From Paramoeba atlantica (lineage: Eukaryota > Protista > Discosea): a stretch of 64,000 nt of DNA. The position numbers and the translations under genes are program-made. The notes under the pieces are model-generated. The model saw nothing but the letters and a program-made list of their open reading frames with translations, ran no database searches and was not told the DNA's origin. Each line of letters starts with the position of its first letter. Position 1 is the first letter of the stretch. The stretch lies in assembly GCA_977017575.1 (NCBI GenBank), contig CDRNVI010000054.1, positions 434,001 through 498,000 on the forward strand, in the 5' to 3' direction. Of the stretch, positions 10,421 through 22,009 are shown piece by piece.

Positions 10421-12023
10421 AGGGGCTGCGAGTGACTTTAACCGCGGTCTCGCACGGTCTCGGCGCGGTCTCGAGCGGTCTCATATTTGTAAAAGGGTAT
10501 AATGATATTTTAGAGATTGTCAAATAGTTTTTGTTTATAGTATACGTCTAAGCAATTTCAATCGCAGTTTCGTCTACGCGATTTCAATTGGAATAAATAG
10601 AGCGAGGTTGAACACAGACCAAGACTGATATTAAAGGATCAATAAAACTAAACCAATTTACTTCTTTCGCTTCCGCGGTTTCCTAGGTTCGTAGGGCACA
10701 TAATTTATGTGTTCCTTGAGCAGGTCGCGACTTACACCAGTTTTCTCGACAACTTCGCATCCCTCACTGCACCAACATTTATTCAAATGGTCGATCTTTC
10801 GGAGAGACGTATTCACCCCAGTATCAAATTCGTACTGCGGCTCTCCAGCCAACAGTCCGTACGCCAACACAAATACTATCTGAACAGCATCTTTGATCCA
10901 GGAAAGATCATGATCTGTTGCCCAGAAAAAACGAAACTTGTCCACATGGGCAAAGAAACGCTCTACACGAGAGCGCACTAATAGAAACCATCACGAATAA
11001 TAAGCAGAACTTAAAATATTATCTTCTCTTTCTCCTTCAACGTTTCCTCAACGCGTCCTTTTTTAAAAAGGAACTAAAACTTTTAGCTCAGCCGCGGGAA
11101 CGAGACTACACGGTCTGATGTTCTTATTTCTTTCGCCGTATAATAGGACGGCGTGGGGACATTCTTCTCCTGATCTGCAGCCGTGGGACAAGCTTCTGGG
11201 GTCTGAAATGCTGGATTCTGAGATGCTTCATCCGCCCCTCGTTTGAGCCGGCGACGAGCCCGGTAGGTCGCGCAGGCACGAGAACGCCTCCCGGATACAG
11301 AGCGCCACAAACTATCCGCGAAGTCTCCTATTTCGTTATCCCGTCGAGGTGCATACATCGGGCTGAGTTCCAGGAAGCTTTGGAGATCCTGGGCAGCTTC
11401 TTCAACAAAGTAAACGGCGCGCGACCGAACGTCCATAAGCAGATGCCCGCGGCGATCTACGATGTGAAGAATGGCGCGCTCCAGCATCTGTGGCGTAATG
11501 TCTATGCCACAAACGGAACGGCCCCCGTGAAGGAAACTATCCATGGTGCGATGAATGCGTTCCAGGATTTCTTCGACTTTTGCTCCTAGCTCTTCTTCTG
11601 TGATAATCAGCTTCGGAGGGGTAAATACGTTAACACGTTTCGTGAAAACTCTCTTGGTTGAAGCTAAAACAACCTCATAAATCGCCTTTTCACTTTCAAC
11701 CTCCGAGGGGTTCGCAATTCGAGCTTTTAGGTCAGCATTACACTCAATTCCAGTCATTGACAAGACAAAAAGACACGGAAAGCGAAATAGCAAACTAAAG
11801 ATGTTCAAAAATAGTCTTACTTCTATCTACATCAAGGCCTACAATATGAGTACTCCATACACATCGTATATACGAAGTGAAAATTCTTTTTTATTCAAAT
11901 TGTGCTCTACTCTCCATCCAAAAACTAGCATTTTCTTGTCTCTCCAAGCCAAAAGCAAACCGCAGTCTCGCGCGGTCTCAGCGCGGTCTCGCGCGCTCTC
12001 GTGTGCCACGACCCGCAGCCCCT
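10421..12023 (-). mobile_element. 1.6-kb TIR element with 6-bp target duplication and a Harbinger/IS5-like DDE remnant
   Basis: TIR AGGGGCTGCG / CGCAGCCCCT and TSD CAACTG (10415-10420, 12024-12029). GCGGTCTC repeats occur at both ends, and the remnant reads VLVPF..E..IFN..VRSRVERFFAHVDKFRF. Confidence 0.7.
11083..11808 (-). CDS. Uncharacterised 241-aa ORF inside the 10421-12023 element
   Basis: Intact ORF within the TIR boundaries, upstream of the DDE-like remnant. No recognisable motif. Confidence 0.4.
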   Translation of the reverse strand: MNIFSLLFRFPCLFVLSMTGIECNADLKARIANPSEVESEKAIYEVVLASTKRVFTKRVNVFTPPKLIITEEELGAKVEEILERIHRTMDSFLHGGRSVCGIDITPQMLERAILHIVDRRGHLLMDVRSRAVYFVEEAAQDLQSFLELSPMYAPRRDNEIGDFADSLWRSVSGRRSRACATYRARRRLKRGADEASQNPAFQTPEACPTAADQEKNVPTPSYYTAKEIRTSDRVVSFPRLS

Positions 12024-12679
12024 CAACTGTGCGGAAACCTGGACCTGTCCAAACTCCCTGCAAACTTAATTCAGCTGGTTTTTTCTGAGAATTTGATATT
12101 CCGGCGTTCTGTGCTGAAAATGTCGAGCTGCGGAGTATTCCCCAAATGTTCTAAACAGTACTATTTAAACAGTTTTAAAATTATTATTATTATTAGATGA
12201 AATACACTTACGATCGAGAGAAATATATTTTTATCGTGAAATGTACATCAAAAAAATTTAGAATCGCATTGTTTGAGCATGATTATTGTCTGCTCAAATT
12301 TTTTAAACTTTAATATCATAAGTAGTGCGGTAGTGCCACCGCACAGTCGCACTGTGCCCATTCTTCGCGTTCATAGGGAAACCTTTTCGTCTCTTTCGCA
12401 GTGTAAGTCTTGGGTAGAGAGTATGGAGCTCAAGCATATCAAGGCCTCTGCATTTAGTTCTCCTGAAATTCTGAAGTGCCTCGCACGAGAAGTTGGGGTC
12501 TGCCATATCTCTAATAGCAGCTTGCACATAACTTCTTACAGTGAGAAATTGTCTCACTTCTCATATACACCCTTCTCATATACTGCACAGAAATACTACA
12601 CTATAAGCATAAGTATAGTAATTCAAAGTGATGCGTATGTATCAAATATTACCCCGGTGATATTTTATTTGTGTCATTC

Positions 12680-15600
12680 ATGTTTTTTAACACGTCGTTA
12701 CTTTATGCTCTCTCAGTTTTACTGTGCTATGCACACGTTAATAGGGTGCCGCAGTACGCGTTGCCGTTAGATGTGGTGCTTCCAGCTCCAGCGGGTGGAA
12801 TACTCCGTATCGAAGAATATCCTATCAATATCTTTCGGATTCGGTATCACCCTGGGCATAAGTCAGTGGATAAAAAGAGATCCTTTGAGTTTTTCAACCA
12901 CGATGTGGTAACGAGTCATAGTCTATCTGGACATGAGCCAATAGCACAGGAACGCGTCAATCAATGCGGACCTCATGAATACACGATACATAGCGTGTCA
13001 GGCAAGAGCTCTGTTAAACTCTACCTGGAGTTTTTTAAAGCAACTGAAGCAAACAATGCGAATCGAACTAGTTGTTTAGCAGAGAACATTTCTATTCATT
13101 TTTATTCGCATACAGACAGTTCCCCACACCTAGTTCTGCGCGCGACCTTCCCACTCTCAAACGTTACAGGTATTTATAACTCCCCCAGGGCAAATCAGGA
13201 GAGCGCAAGCGAAAACTGCGAAACGAATTTTATTACGGGATCCGTTTTCTTTCCCTCTGCCACTCACCTTTATGGCTTGCCCGAGCACTCCACCGATTTT
13301 GCTCTTCCGGACCAAACTTACCGTCTCTACAACAAAGATGTGTTCAAGTATAAGCTACACGACCCAGGCCCTCTGTATGGTAGTATTCCCTTTGTGATGG
13401 CTCGCCAGCAAGAGAACACGCCACAGGATTCAACAGTTCACACGTCGTACTCCGGATTTCTCTGGTTACATGGTGGGGATACGAATGTCACCGTTGAATC
13501 GCTCGCGAACGAAGAGAGTGGGAAAGTGGCTGACTGTGAGGCTCAGGAAACCGACGCGTGTTCACAACGTCGTGGATTTGGGAAACATACTCTATGGAAA
13601 AGTCGAGGAGGCATACTGGACTTCTTCATGTTTCCCGGACAGACACCGAAAGAGGTTTTTTCTCAACATGCGTCAATTACGGGTGCGCCATTCCTTCCTC
13701 CGTATTTTGCTCTTGGGTATCATCAGAGCCGATGGAATTACAACGACGTGGAGGATGTGCTACAAGTCGATGCCACATTTGACGAACATAATCTACCCTA
13801 CGACGTGCTTTGGCTTGACATTGAACACACCGATCGTAAAAAGTACTTCACCTGGGACACGCACAACTTCCCGGAGCCCGAGAAAATGCAACACGCGCTG
13901 GCGGCAAAAGGACGCTACATGGTTGCCATCACAGATCCGCATATTAAACGAGACATGGATTTCTTTGTTCATGAGGAAGCCACGCGGAATAACTTTTACG
14001 TGAAAACCGCGGCCAGGAGGTCTTCCACGCACAAGGAAGGAGCCCTCACGGTTCCTCCTAGTGAAGAAGACAGCACGCAGAGAAGCGTTGACGAATCTCG
14101 GCTCCACGCGGACCTTGTCGACTACGAGGGCAAGTGCTGGCCAGGCTCGAGTAGTTGGATAGATTATCTCAACCCAAAGGCTCGGTCGTGGTATGCGAGT
14201 CTGTTCTCGTATGAAAAATATCACGGCTCAACGCCTACGCTGCATACCTGGATAGATATGAATGAACCCAGCGTGTTTGACGGCCCGGATGGCACGTTGG
14301 ACGGATCTGCGTTGCATCTTATCCCTCACGGAAGCTTGCTGGACTCCCTCCATCGGAATGATACTCCCGTAGAAAATGGGTTTGAAAACGCGGACGTGCC
14401 AAACATGACCAAACATTATGCTGGGAATACATCCTCCGATCCCGCGCCACTACACCTTGTGCCTCATCGCGAGGTTCACAACTTGTACGGATTCTACCAC
14501 ACCATGGCAACGTACCAGGGATTACTCCAGCGTAATCTTCTTCGAGCACCTCCCTCTCCTTCCTTTTCTACCCCCATCCAAACCTCTGTGTCGCAAAACA
14601 CATTACAAAACCAAAGAGCGCAACAATCCGATTCTTCCGTCTTTTCCTTTTTTATAAATCAAAAGACCCTCCCCTATTCTTCTTCGAGCAACCATTGGGA
14701 TGGGAATCTTGGTGAGGGTCCTCTCGCCTGGGAGAGCGGGAGAAGGAACAGCAACGCGCACCCCCCCTCCTACCTCCCCCGTCCTTTTCTTCTCACCCGG
14801 AGCTTCTTCGCGGGGACCCAACGCTTTGCGGCGGTGTGGACCGGAGACAACCACGCGAGTTGGTCCCACTTAGCCCAATCCCTCCCCATGCTCCTCTCCC
14901 TCTCCGTTTCCAATCTCCCCTTTGTGGGGGCCGACATCCCGGGGTTCTTCGGCAACCCCGGGCCCGAGCTCGCGACCCGGTGGTACCAGCTTGGGGCGTT
15001 CTATCCGTTTTGCCGCGCCCATGGGCATATCGAGACGAAACGACGCGAGCCGTGGAGTTGGGATACCGAAGCAAAAACGGATAAAAATCAGCCCACCCGC
15101 ACACTGGCAGCGATTCGACAAGCGCTCAAGTGGCGCTACTTTTTTCTTCCTTATTTTTATACCACGTTGTATGTGGAATGTCATGCAAAAGGGATGCCGT
15201 TGATGCGACCGCTTTTTGTGGAATTTCCTCAGGAAAAGGATCTTGCGGACCTGCAGTCGTTGTTTATGGTGGGGAGCGCGTTGTTGGTGTGTCCTGTGTT
15301 ACGTGCGAATGCGGGATCCGTGTCCTGCGCGTTACCAAGGGGCGTGGAACGGTACGAAGCGTCGGATAAAGGGAATAACACGAGAAATCGGGCTGTTGAA
15401 GATGAAATTGATAGGAGAGAAAACGAAACGGTTGGATTTTCGCAGGTGAGGAGGCCGTTGGTTTGGTATGTCTACCCCAGTGGTGTGCAATATGCAGGAG
15501 GTGGAAATGTGGAATGTGCGGTTGGGATCCAAGATATTCCGTTGTTTCTTCGTGCGGGAAGCGTTCTCCCGGTACGCTATGGGGTACGGCGGAGTACGGC

Positions 15601-16255
15601 TGCCTCGCGACGAGACCCTCTTACGCTGCTTCTCACCATTGACCCTGATGGAGAACATGTACTAAAGGATGAGAAAAGTGCAGGGCATGGAAACAAATGT
15701 TTGCAGTGGGACACACGTGATTTGCAGATAACATTGCTGGCGAAAGGAGAACTTTATGAGGACGATGGAGAAACATTTCTTTATCGAGATGGGAATTTCG
15801 TGCATCGAAGCTTCAAGTTAACGCGCGAGATCAGGAGACACGCAGACGGTTCTTCGGATACGACTGTATTGCGTTTATCCAACCGAGAGACGGCTGTAAA
15901 GCTAAAAAGTCGAGAAAATTTCACGACTTCACACCATACACATACGAATCGCACTCTACTGCAGCATCCTCTGCACGGAGCGGAGTTCCGCAAACTTGTA
16001 TTCGAGAAAATCATAATATTGGGCGCTCCGGTCAATGTAAGTCGAGTGGAAGTTGTGAAGGCTACGATACCCGCTGAAAAGCTCGTCATGGAAGAAATTC
16101 AATCAGAGGTTCCTGTCATTGATGCAATCCAAGAACATGGGACACGGAATATTCAATTTCGCTACGATCGAAACGTCTCACATGTGCTCACTGCTGAAAA
16201 AGTACATGTCTTGGTTGGTGAAGACTGGGACATGATTTTTTCGCTGGCAGAATAA
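12680..16255 (+). CDS. GANAB: Glucosidase II alpha subunit (GH31)
   Basis: Hydrophobic signal peptide, YHQSRWNY, LWLDIEHTD, WIDMNEPSVF, VWTGDN and WYQLGAFYPFCRAH. Confidence 0.92.
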   Translation: MFFNTSLLYALSVLLCYAHVNRVPQYALPLDVVLPAPAGGILRIEEYPINIFRIRYHPGHKSVDKKRSFEFFNHDVVTSHSLSGHEPIAQERVNQCGPHEYTIHSVSGKSSVKLYLEFFKATEANNANRTSCLAENISIHFYSHTDSSPHLVLRATFPLSNVTGIYNSPRANQESASENCETNFITGSVFFPSATHLYGLPEHSTDFALPDQTYRLYNKDVFKYKLHDPGPLYGSIPFVMARQQENTPQDSTVHTSYSGFLWLHGGDTNVTVESLANEESGKVADCEAQETDACSQRRGFGKHTLWKSRGGILDFFMFPGQTPKEVFSQHASITGAPFLPPYFALGYHQSRWNYNDVEDVLQVDATFDEHNLPYDVLWLDIEHTDRKKYFTWDTHNFPEPEKMQHALAAKGRYMVAITDPHIKRDMDFFVHEEATRNNFYVKTAARRSSTHKEGALTVPPSEEDSTQRSVDESRLHADLVDYEGKCWPGSSSWIDYLNPKARSWYASLFSYEKYHGSTPTLHTWIDMNEPSVFDGPDGTLDGSALHLIPHGSLLDSLHRNDTPVENGFENADVPNMTKHYAGNTSSDPAPLHLVPHREVHNLYGFYHTMATYQGLLQRNLLRAPPSPSFSTPIQTSVSQNTLQNQRAQQSDSSVFSFFINQKTLPYSSSSNHWDGNLGEGPLAWESGRRNSNAHPPSYLPRPFLLTRSFFAGTQRFAAVWTGDNHASWSHLAQSLPMLLSLSVSNLPFVGADIPGFFGNPGPELATRWYQLGAFYPFCRAHGHIETKRREPWSWDTEAKTDKNQPTRTLAAIRQALKWRYFFLPYFYTTLYVECHAKGMPLMRPLFVEFPQEKDLADLQSLFMVGSALLVCPVLRANAGSVSCALPRGVERYEASDKGNNTRNRAVEDEIDRRENETVGFSQVRRPLVWYVYPSGVQYAGGGNVECAVGIQDIPLFLRAGSVLPVRYGVRRSTAASRRDPLTLLLTIDPDGEHVLKDEKSAGHGNKCLQWDTRDLQITLLAKGELYEDDGETFLYRDGNFVHRSFKLTREIRRHADGSSDTTVLRLSNRETAVKLKSRENFTTSHHTHTNRTLLQHPLHGAEFRKLVFEKIIILGAPVNVSRVEVVKATIPAEKLVMEEIQSEVPVIDAIQEHGTRNIQFRYDRNVSHVLTAEKVHVLVGEDWDMIFSLAE

Positions 16256-16261
16256 CGAATA

Positions 16262-18050
16262 CAGGGCCGTTAGGGTCATTTCCAAGGACGTTTATTTTGG
16301 GCGCGGAAGAATTTTTTTTGCGTTTAAAGGGTGCAAAAGAGAAGTTTAGGATGAAGGCTTACTGAATCAACTATAGATATACACAAAAGCTGCCAGGTGC
16401 CCGACGTGTGGCGTAGGGAAAAACATAAAATTTGTGAAAATTTCGGTAGGATAAATGAACCATCGACCTCTCGACACTTACTTTTCTGGCGATTTAACAT
16501 CTTACATACTTATAGAGGGCTTAGAGTTGATCAAACAAATACTTGGGAGGACTTTGAGGAGTGTAACGTGTAAAATGGATGAACGGTATTGACCCCCCCC
16601 ATATTTTCGTACCCACCCCTGCATAAGGAAGGGGAATCACTACTCAGTACTTGGTTTTTTTACCTTCAAGTCTCTTGCATTCCTCAAGGCGATCTCGAAA
16701 TGACAAGTGCAGTTTTTTACATTCAACTTTGGCGTTGTGCGATCTTAGAAATTCTTCAGAAACGCTCTTTTAAGATTACGGTTTCCACATCTTTTCAAGA
16801 ATCACTGCTTTGTAATATTCCCCCCAATTCCACTATTCAAGGGTCTTTTGGCAGGTTCTTTACAGTAAAACTCTTCAAGATCATCGCACCAGTGCCACAA
16901 TACTATTCCATCTACATCAAAAGCACACCATAACAGTTTTGTGCTTCGCCATGACGGTCGCGAAAAGATCTTGAGCTTTATTGAAATGTTCCCAATTCTT
17001 CAAAGAATTTTGCGCGTACACTACACTTTTTATTTCCTGATCAACAAAAGTATTTGTTTTGCGTAAGAGAACACTGCACGTGCCACTATTTAACGACAAC
17101 ATGTGACACAAATCGGCTTGAGAGAAAAAACCCGCGGAATGTAAAACTTTTAGTGTAAAAACGCCAGTCTTTGTGAGTCTATCCTTTCCCTTCCATATGA
17201 CGGGTAATCCCAACCGATTAAAATTTCTTTTCTTCCACGGTCTTCCGCCTTTTGTGTTCTCCGCTTTCCTGGCTTCCTGGCTTCTTTGCTCTAAGATGCG
17301 GGGAAGCTGCTGTTTTAGATATCGCAAAGCCGCAATGTATTGAGCTCCGCAATTGACACATAACAGAAAATCAAAGGAGTTTCCTGAACGGAGGGCGCTT
17401 CAAAAATATGATTTGCCGAGGGGGGTATTGTATCGTCCGGAGGAGCAACCAGAGAGAAAGCAGTGCATGACTCCTTGAGTTCTGAAACCGTTTTGACCAA
17501 TTCATGTTCAAAAGGCAAATCTTCCTGGATAAGTGTTTCTTTGGGAGAGTCTGCATGGGTAGAATTTGTATCTGCATTAGGCATTTCCGCGCAGGAGCGC
17601 AGATTCGTAATATAATCCATAAAATCCTTAGATTCCGTGTCACTCGTGGTTGAATCATCACTGGACAGGTCCTCAGAATTCCAATCAGGATCATTGCCCT
17701 CGGCAAATGTTGTGCACGTGTAACTGTCGCTAGATGTACAGTCTTCATTGCTTTGTTGAGATTCAGGAGGAGAAACCACTTCGGGATCGGATTCTGAGTC
17801 GTAAAGGTTTTCCATAGTTAAAGTAGAAAAGAAATTTTTAAGTCGTCAAAAAATATTTTTTTTTGTCGTCCTAAGAAAACGAGGAAAAAGTGATGGAAAA
17901 AAAATGCAGGGGTCGGAAGACTACGAATAAGAGGTTTTAATAGTTGATTCAGCTTCTCTATGTATATCTGAATACTTTGCAAAAAAGATCAATCAAAAAG
18001 TGGTCACGTAGCTCATAAAATCTTTCCTCTGTGAATCTCGAACGGCCCTG
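16262..18050 (-). mobile_element. Degenerate IS630-Tc1-mariner element (1.8 kb)
   Basis: TA|CAGGGCCGTT ... AACGGCCCTG|TA termini. Minus-strand fragments read: acidic N-terminus, YAQN..KHKTVMV(W)CAFDVDG, EYYKAVILEKMWKP, FLMQ and PQSP..YLFDQL. Confidence 0.65.
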
Positions 18051-18139
18051 TATCTACTTTTCCTGGTCGAACACAATACTTTTTCTAGAAATACTTTGGA
18101 ATTTCTTCCTTTCTTATAGCGAAAAGTGAAGTGTTCTTA

Positions 18140-18215
18140 GAACTAATTCTGCAGAAAACTGGACGTCGCGAACCTTCCACAAAATCTATCACAGTTGTAC
18201 TTTTCAGGAAACAAC
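18140..18215 (+). pseudogene. Isolated LRR fragment
   Basis: Reads LDVANLPQNLSQLYFSGNNL, one family-type repeat. Confidence 0.45.
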
Positions 18216-18865
18216 CTTGTTTTTTCGCGTTTATTCCTGAAAATATTCAGCTAGTATCAAAAGTTCGCTTGACACTATGGTCCACATAGTGCTTTGTGCA
18301 ATGCCGCCCGTATGCTCGTACCCTATATGAGAACTGTGGGTCGAACTATCATAGGTACATGCCTTATGCAGCAGGCGTGTCCGAGTCCATATGATATACG
18401 TACCATATGATGTAGGTACCAGACACCTGTCTGGTAGTAATAGTTTTGGACATCCTAATGTACAAAAGGGAAACCATTAGTTGCGCAACCCCCCATCCCA
18501 ATTAGAGAGCGAACAAAGAATTGTGTGCTTGGAACCTGAAAGGGGACAACAACCACGATAACTCTCATTCGTCGTCGTGCCGACCAACTACTTTGCCGCC
18601 GATATTAATTAGCCAGCTGCGAATAGGTAACATCAGTGACACCTACACTGATGTCGAATAGGCTGTCCGCTCCATAATTTTTCATCGAACGCTTCCATGG
18701 CCTATACTTTTTTTGCTTTACGCTAATGTCAAACGTCATTAGATTTAAAAGGACACATCATTACATTAATTTCTTTTTAAACACTTGCTTAAGAATCAGT
18801 GTTGGGCAGGTGCCAGGAATCATGAATATCGTCAGTAGAAGTTTGGAAATACATTTTCACGTATC

Positions 18866-19801
18866 ATGGATCTGCGAGAACCTTCTCCTAAACGGCGCAA
18901 ACTTTTTCTCGACTGCAATATTTCGGATGAAAAGATTAGTCACACGAAGGACACTGTGTTACGGAAACCTTCCAAGGTTCATTCTGCCAATCTTCCTCAA
19001 GAAATTAAGCTCATGCAATGCATACGAGACATTGAGAATCCGCATGCGACGTGGAATGTCGAAATCGCAGCCTGCGAGTGGGATGGTGTCATCTGCAGCG
19101 AACACCGTGTAGTGACTGGAATAGGCTGGGATAATGCTTTCTCGTTCGGGCCAACGAATTACTACCGCGGAGTGCTCCATTTGATTCATTTACCTCATAG
19201 GCTTGTAAATTGCAATCTCCGGATTAATGGCTTCAAGGGTGAGGTATCTCTAGCTAACCTGCCTGAAGGGCTGGAAAAATTTATTCTCGACAAGAATACC
19301 TTTGTGGGCAACTTAGACTTATCCTCCCTACGATTTGGTATGAGAGAGCTGAGCGTGTTCCAAAATGCACTAGCGGGGGAAATATGTTTGAGTACACTTC
19401 CGGTTACTATTTCAAGACTTACTCTAGGGTGTAACCATTTTTCGAGCACCGTGGACTTAACGTCACTTCCCGCAAGTCTGAAACGGCTACAGCTTGATCG
19501 TAATCATTTTTTTGGCAATGTTAGTTTTTGCAACCTACCTTCTAGTCTTCTTGTGCTTGATTTGCATGGTAACAGTTTTACTGGTGCCGTGCATATTCGT
19601 GAATTCCCAAGGTCATTGCATTGCCTTGCATTGAATGACAATGATTTTTCAGGAGAACTTCGTTTCGGAAATTTTCCACTCACGATGCGGTTTCTATTTT
19701 TATCAAATAATGCTGATCTATCTGGCGTATTAAACAAGGCTAATCTTCCCGCTGGATTGATTTCATGGGTAGATAATACTCGAATTACTCTTCTCAGTTG
19801 A
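18866..19801 (+). CDS. LRR family copy 3 (8 repeats)
   Basis: SKVHSANLPQE leader, ACEWDGVIC cap and 23-aa repeats. Confidence 0.88.
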   Translation: MDLREPSPKRRKLFLDCNISDEKISHTKDTVLRKPSKVHSANLPQEIKLMQCIRDIENPHATWNVEIAACEWDGVICSEHRVVTGIGWDNAFSFGPTNYYRGVLHLIHLPHRLVNCNLRINGFKGEVSLANLPEGLEKFILDKNTFVGNLDLSSLRFGMRELSVFQNALAGEICLSTLPVTISRLTLGCNHFSSTVDLTSLPASLKRLQLDRNHFFGNVSFCNLPSSLLVLDLHGNSFTGAVHIREFPRSLHCLALNDNDFSGELRFGNFPLTMRFLFLSNNADLSGVLNKANLPAGLISWVDNTRITLLS

Positions 19802-19910
19802 TGGCAATATATCGGAGCACAGATGTAATGAGTTTAGTTTTCATGTACTGTTTGCCCCCCAGGCCAATGTTTGTCCCCCGAGCCACGGAGTGTGCATAGC
19901 TGCATAATTA

Positions 19911-21050
19911 CTGTCCCCCCCTATTTAGTGTTGAGTGAAATTCGGAAAAATTCAACACCAAATAGGGGGGGGGTAAGAAATCTCCTCCGCTCAAAAAAAA
20001 AGCGCGCCGCTTCGCGGCCTATTGTTTTCAAAACCATGATTGTAGTATTATTTCACTCGGTTGGGGATACGCCTTTATGAACGCTGTGGGGCATTTGTAT
20101 AAAAGTCCTGTGGGGAGACATATTTTATTTTGGATTGCTTATCTTGGATAAGCAAAATCCTTGGATGCTCTGTACATACCACACGCTCTGCACTTATCAC
20201 GCGCAACGAAGACACTTTTTCATGGTTGCGAATTGTGTACATTCCAGCAAAGTGCACATGAAGACTTCTGCCTTGCGATGTGGGTCTCTTTAACCGTTTG
20301 AAGCCACAACTATTATATACTATTGTATACTATCGAGCCATGGCCTTACTGAAATACCGCCAGACTCAATACACTGTGGGAAAGCGAATCGGTGACACTC
20401 GGTCTTCTTCGGAGCAAAAATAAGCAAAGCACAGCTTATTGACAGTATTATCAAAACGTACGCCCACCTCAACGATAATCGGCAGAGGCATGCCAATGTT
20501 CAAGCGTGGGGTAAGGTCGGAATTTCACCGGAAAGTCTAAATAAGCCAGAAAATATCCTTGAAGCGATTCGCCGTGCGAGCGAACTGTTTACAGTAATAC
20601 CGGTTCTTGATGCAGCAGATGAAAATATAGAGAACATAATTTCCCCTGAAAGTGCTGATCACCCCTTTGTTTTGTAAAAGCCTTCGTAAATTTATTTACC
20701 ACCAGTAGTTAATTCTTTAGATAAATTTGTTGTTAGGAAGAGCGCTTCTCTGACTAATGTAACCTCTTAACTAATGTAAAGTCGATGCAAAAATCAGTAT
20801 CCTTGGGAAGCTTTCTCATTGATTTTTATAAACATAAATATGAATATCAATTTTCATTTTTGTTATAAATTATATTTATAAAAATCAATGAGAGGGAGAG
20901 TAAACAATCACAAATAACAAGCAAAGATAAGAAAAAAAAGTTTTGGGAAAAAGAAATTAAGCGCCGCTTCGCGGCGCCTATACGCACCGACCCCAAAATT
21001 CAACACTAAATAGGGGTGGTTGAGCACTCAATAGTAAATAGGGGGGACAG
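19911..21050 (+). mobile_element. Non-autonomous pogo-like element, family A copy 2
   Basis: TA|CTGTCCCCCCCTATTTA ... TAAATAGGGGGGACAG|TA termini. The remnant reads VYIPAKCT*RLLPCDVGLFNRLK and VQAWGKVGI. Confidence 0.82.
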
Positions 21051-21304
21051 TATTAATAATTGAAGTCTGTAATACTAGGCTATTATTCAGAATTATTAAT
21101 AGTTATTATAGATCTACTACTTACTTGTTGCATGGGAAACGATAAAGATACTCACCATCACGTGCGTTATAAAAAAAATCGGCAATTTTCACCCTGAGAA
21201 GAAGCTATAATAATTCCTAATAATTCTCTATCGCATAATTATTCCCCTTTATATTTCCTTTGTTTTTGTTCACTTTTTTTTTCAATTTTCTTTTTTAGTC
21301 TACA

Positions 21305-21358
21305 CCCCCCCTGGACCCCCCCCTGGACCCCCCCCTGGACCCCCCCCATGGACCCCCC
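21305..21358. repeat. Short tandem repeat (CTGGACCCCCCC)n
   Basis: About 4 copies of a 12-13-bp unit. Confidence 0.85.
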
Positions 21359-22009
21359 ATTTTTTTCAATTTTTTTTTCAGTTTTCGACCACCGTAGCCC
21401 CCTTTTATATTTTTTTCTTCTATTATATTACTGTGTTCCTCTTTATATTTTCACTGTTTTTGTTCACATTTTTTTCAATAATCGAGGGTAGAGCGGTAGT
21501 TTTACAACCACGCAATAAAAACTATTACAGCAGCTATGGGAGTGTGCCATGACGAGACGTTGACCGATACTCACAAAAAGATATTGCCCGTTTCCGGGGA
21601 AAGAAAACATGAACTAGCGAAAATGTACCAGCAAGGTACAGAAACTGTATCTTTATTTGCCTACTTATTTACCTTCTGTAATGACAACACACTAGTTTAA
21701 AGTTGCTGCATGTACTGCCAAACCATTTACATGTTGAAGTTTTGAACCACGAATAATTGAAAGAAAAAGAAGCCCTTCGTGAGCCCTCATTCTCGTACAA
21801 CGTTATGTTATGTCAATATGTGCAGATCCTCACGTAGTGGAGCGATTCTGTCCTAAATGGACGAAACCCCTTGGGTATTAAGTCTAGGAGCATGGTTGAT
21901 GCATGTATATCAATCATGACCCCCCATATTTGTGAGCGCTTTTCTTGCGGTGGGTCGCGTCATTAAGAAGTTGTCTGTTTCCCCTGATGTGATGGAGAAC
22001 AATGGCGTT

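Larger units (their letters stand above)
8965..12130 (+). pseudogene. LRR family copy 2, a tandem duplicate of copy 1, frameshifted and split by two transposon insertions
   Basis: Nucleotide similarity to about 8161-8640 in three pieces: 8965-9358, about 10395-10420 and 12024-12130. A 14-bp duplication lies at 9271-9298. Confidence 0.85.

Noticed and set aside
12273-12770. 165-aa ORF upstream of glucosidase II
   Set aside because: It has a non-ATG start, is AT-rich, has no motifs and overlaps the real gene start.
16917-17327. Harbinger/ISL2EU HTH reading of this ORF
   Set aside because: The TA-flanked CAGGG termini and downstream VMV(W)CAF/PQSP fragments fit Tc1/mariner better.
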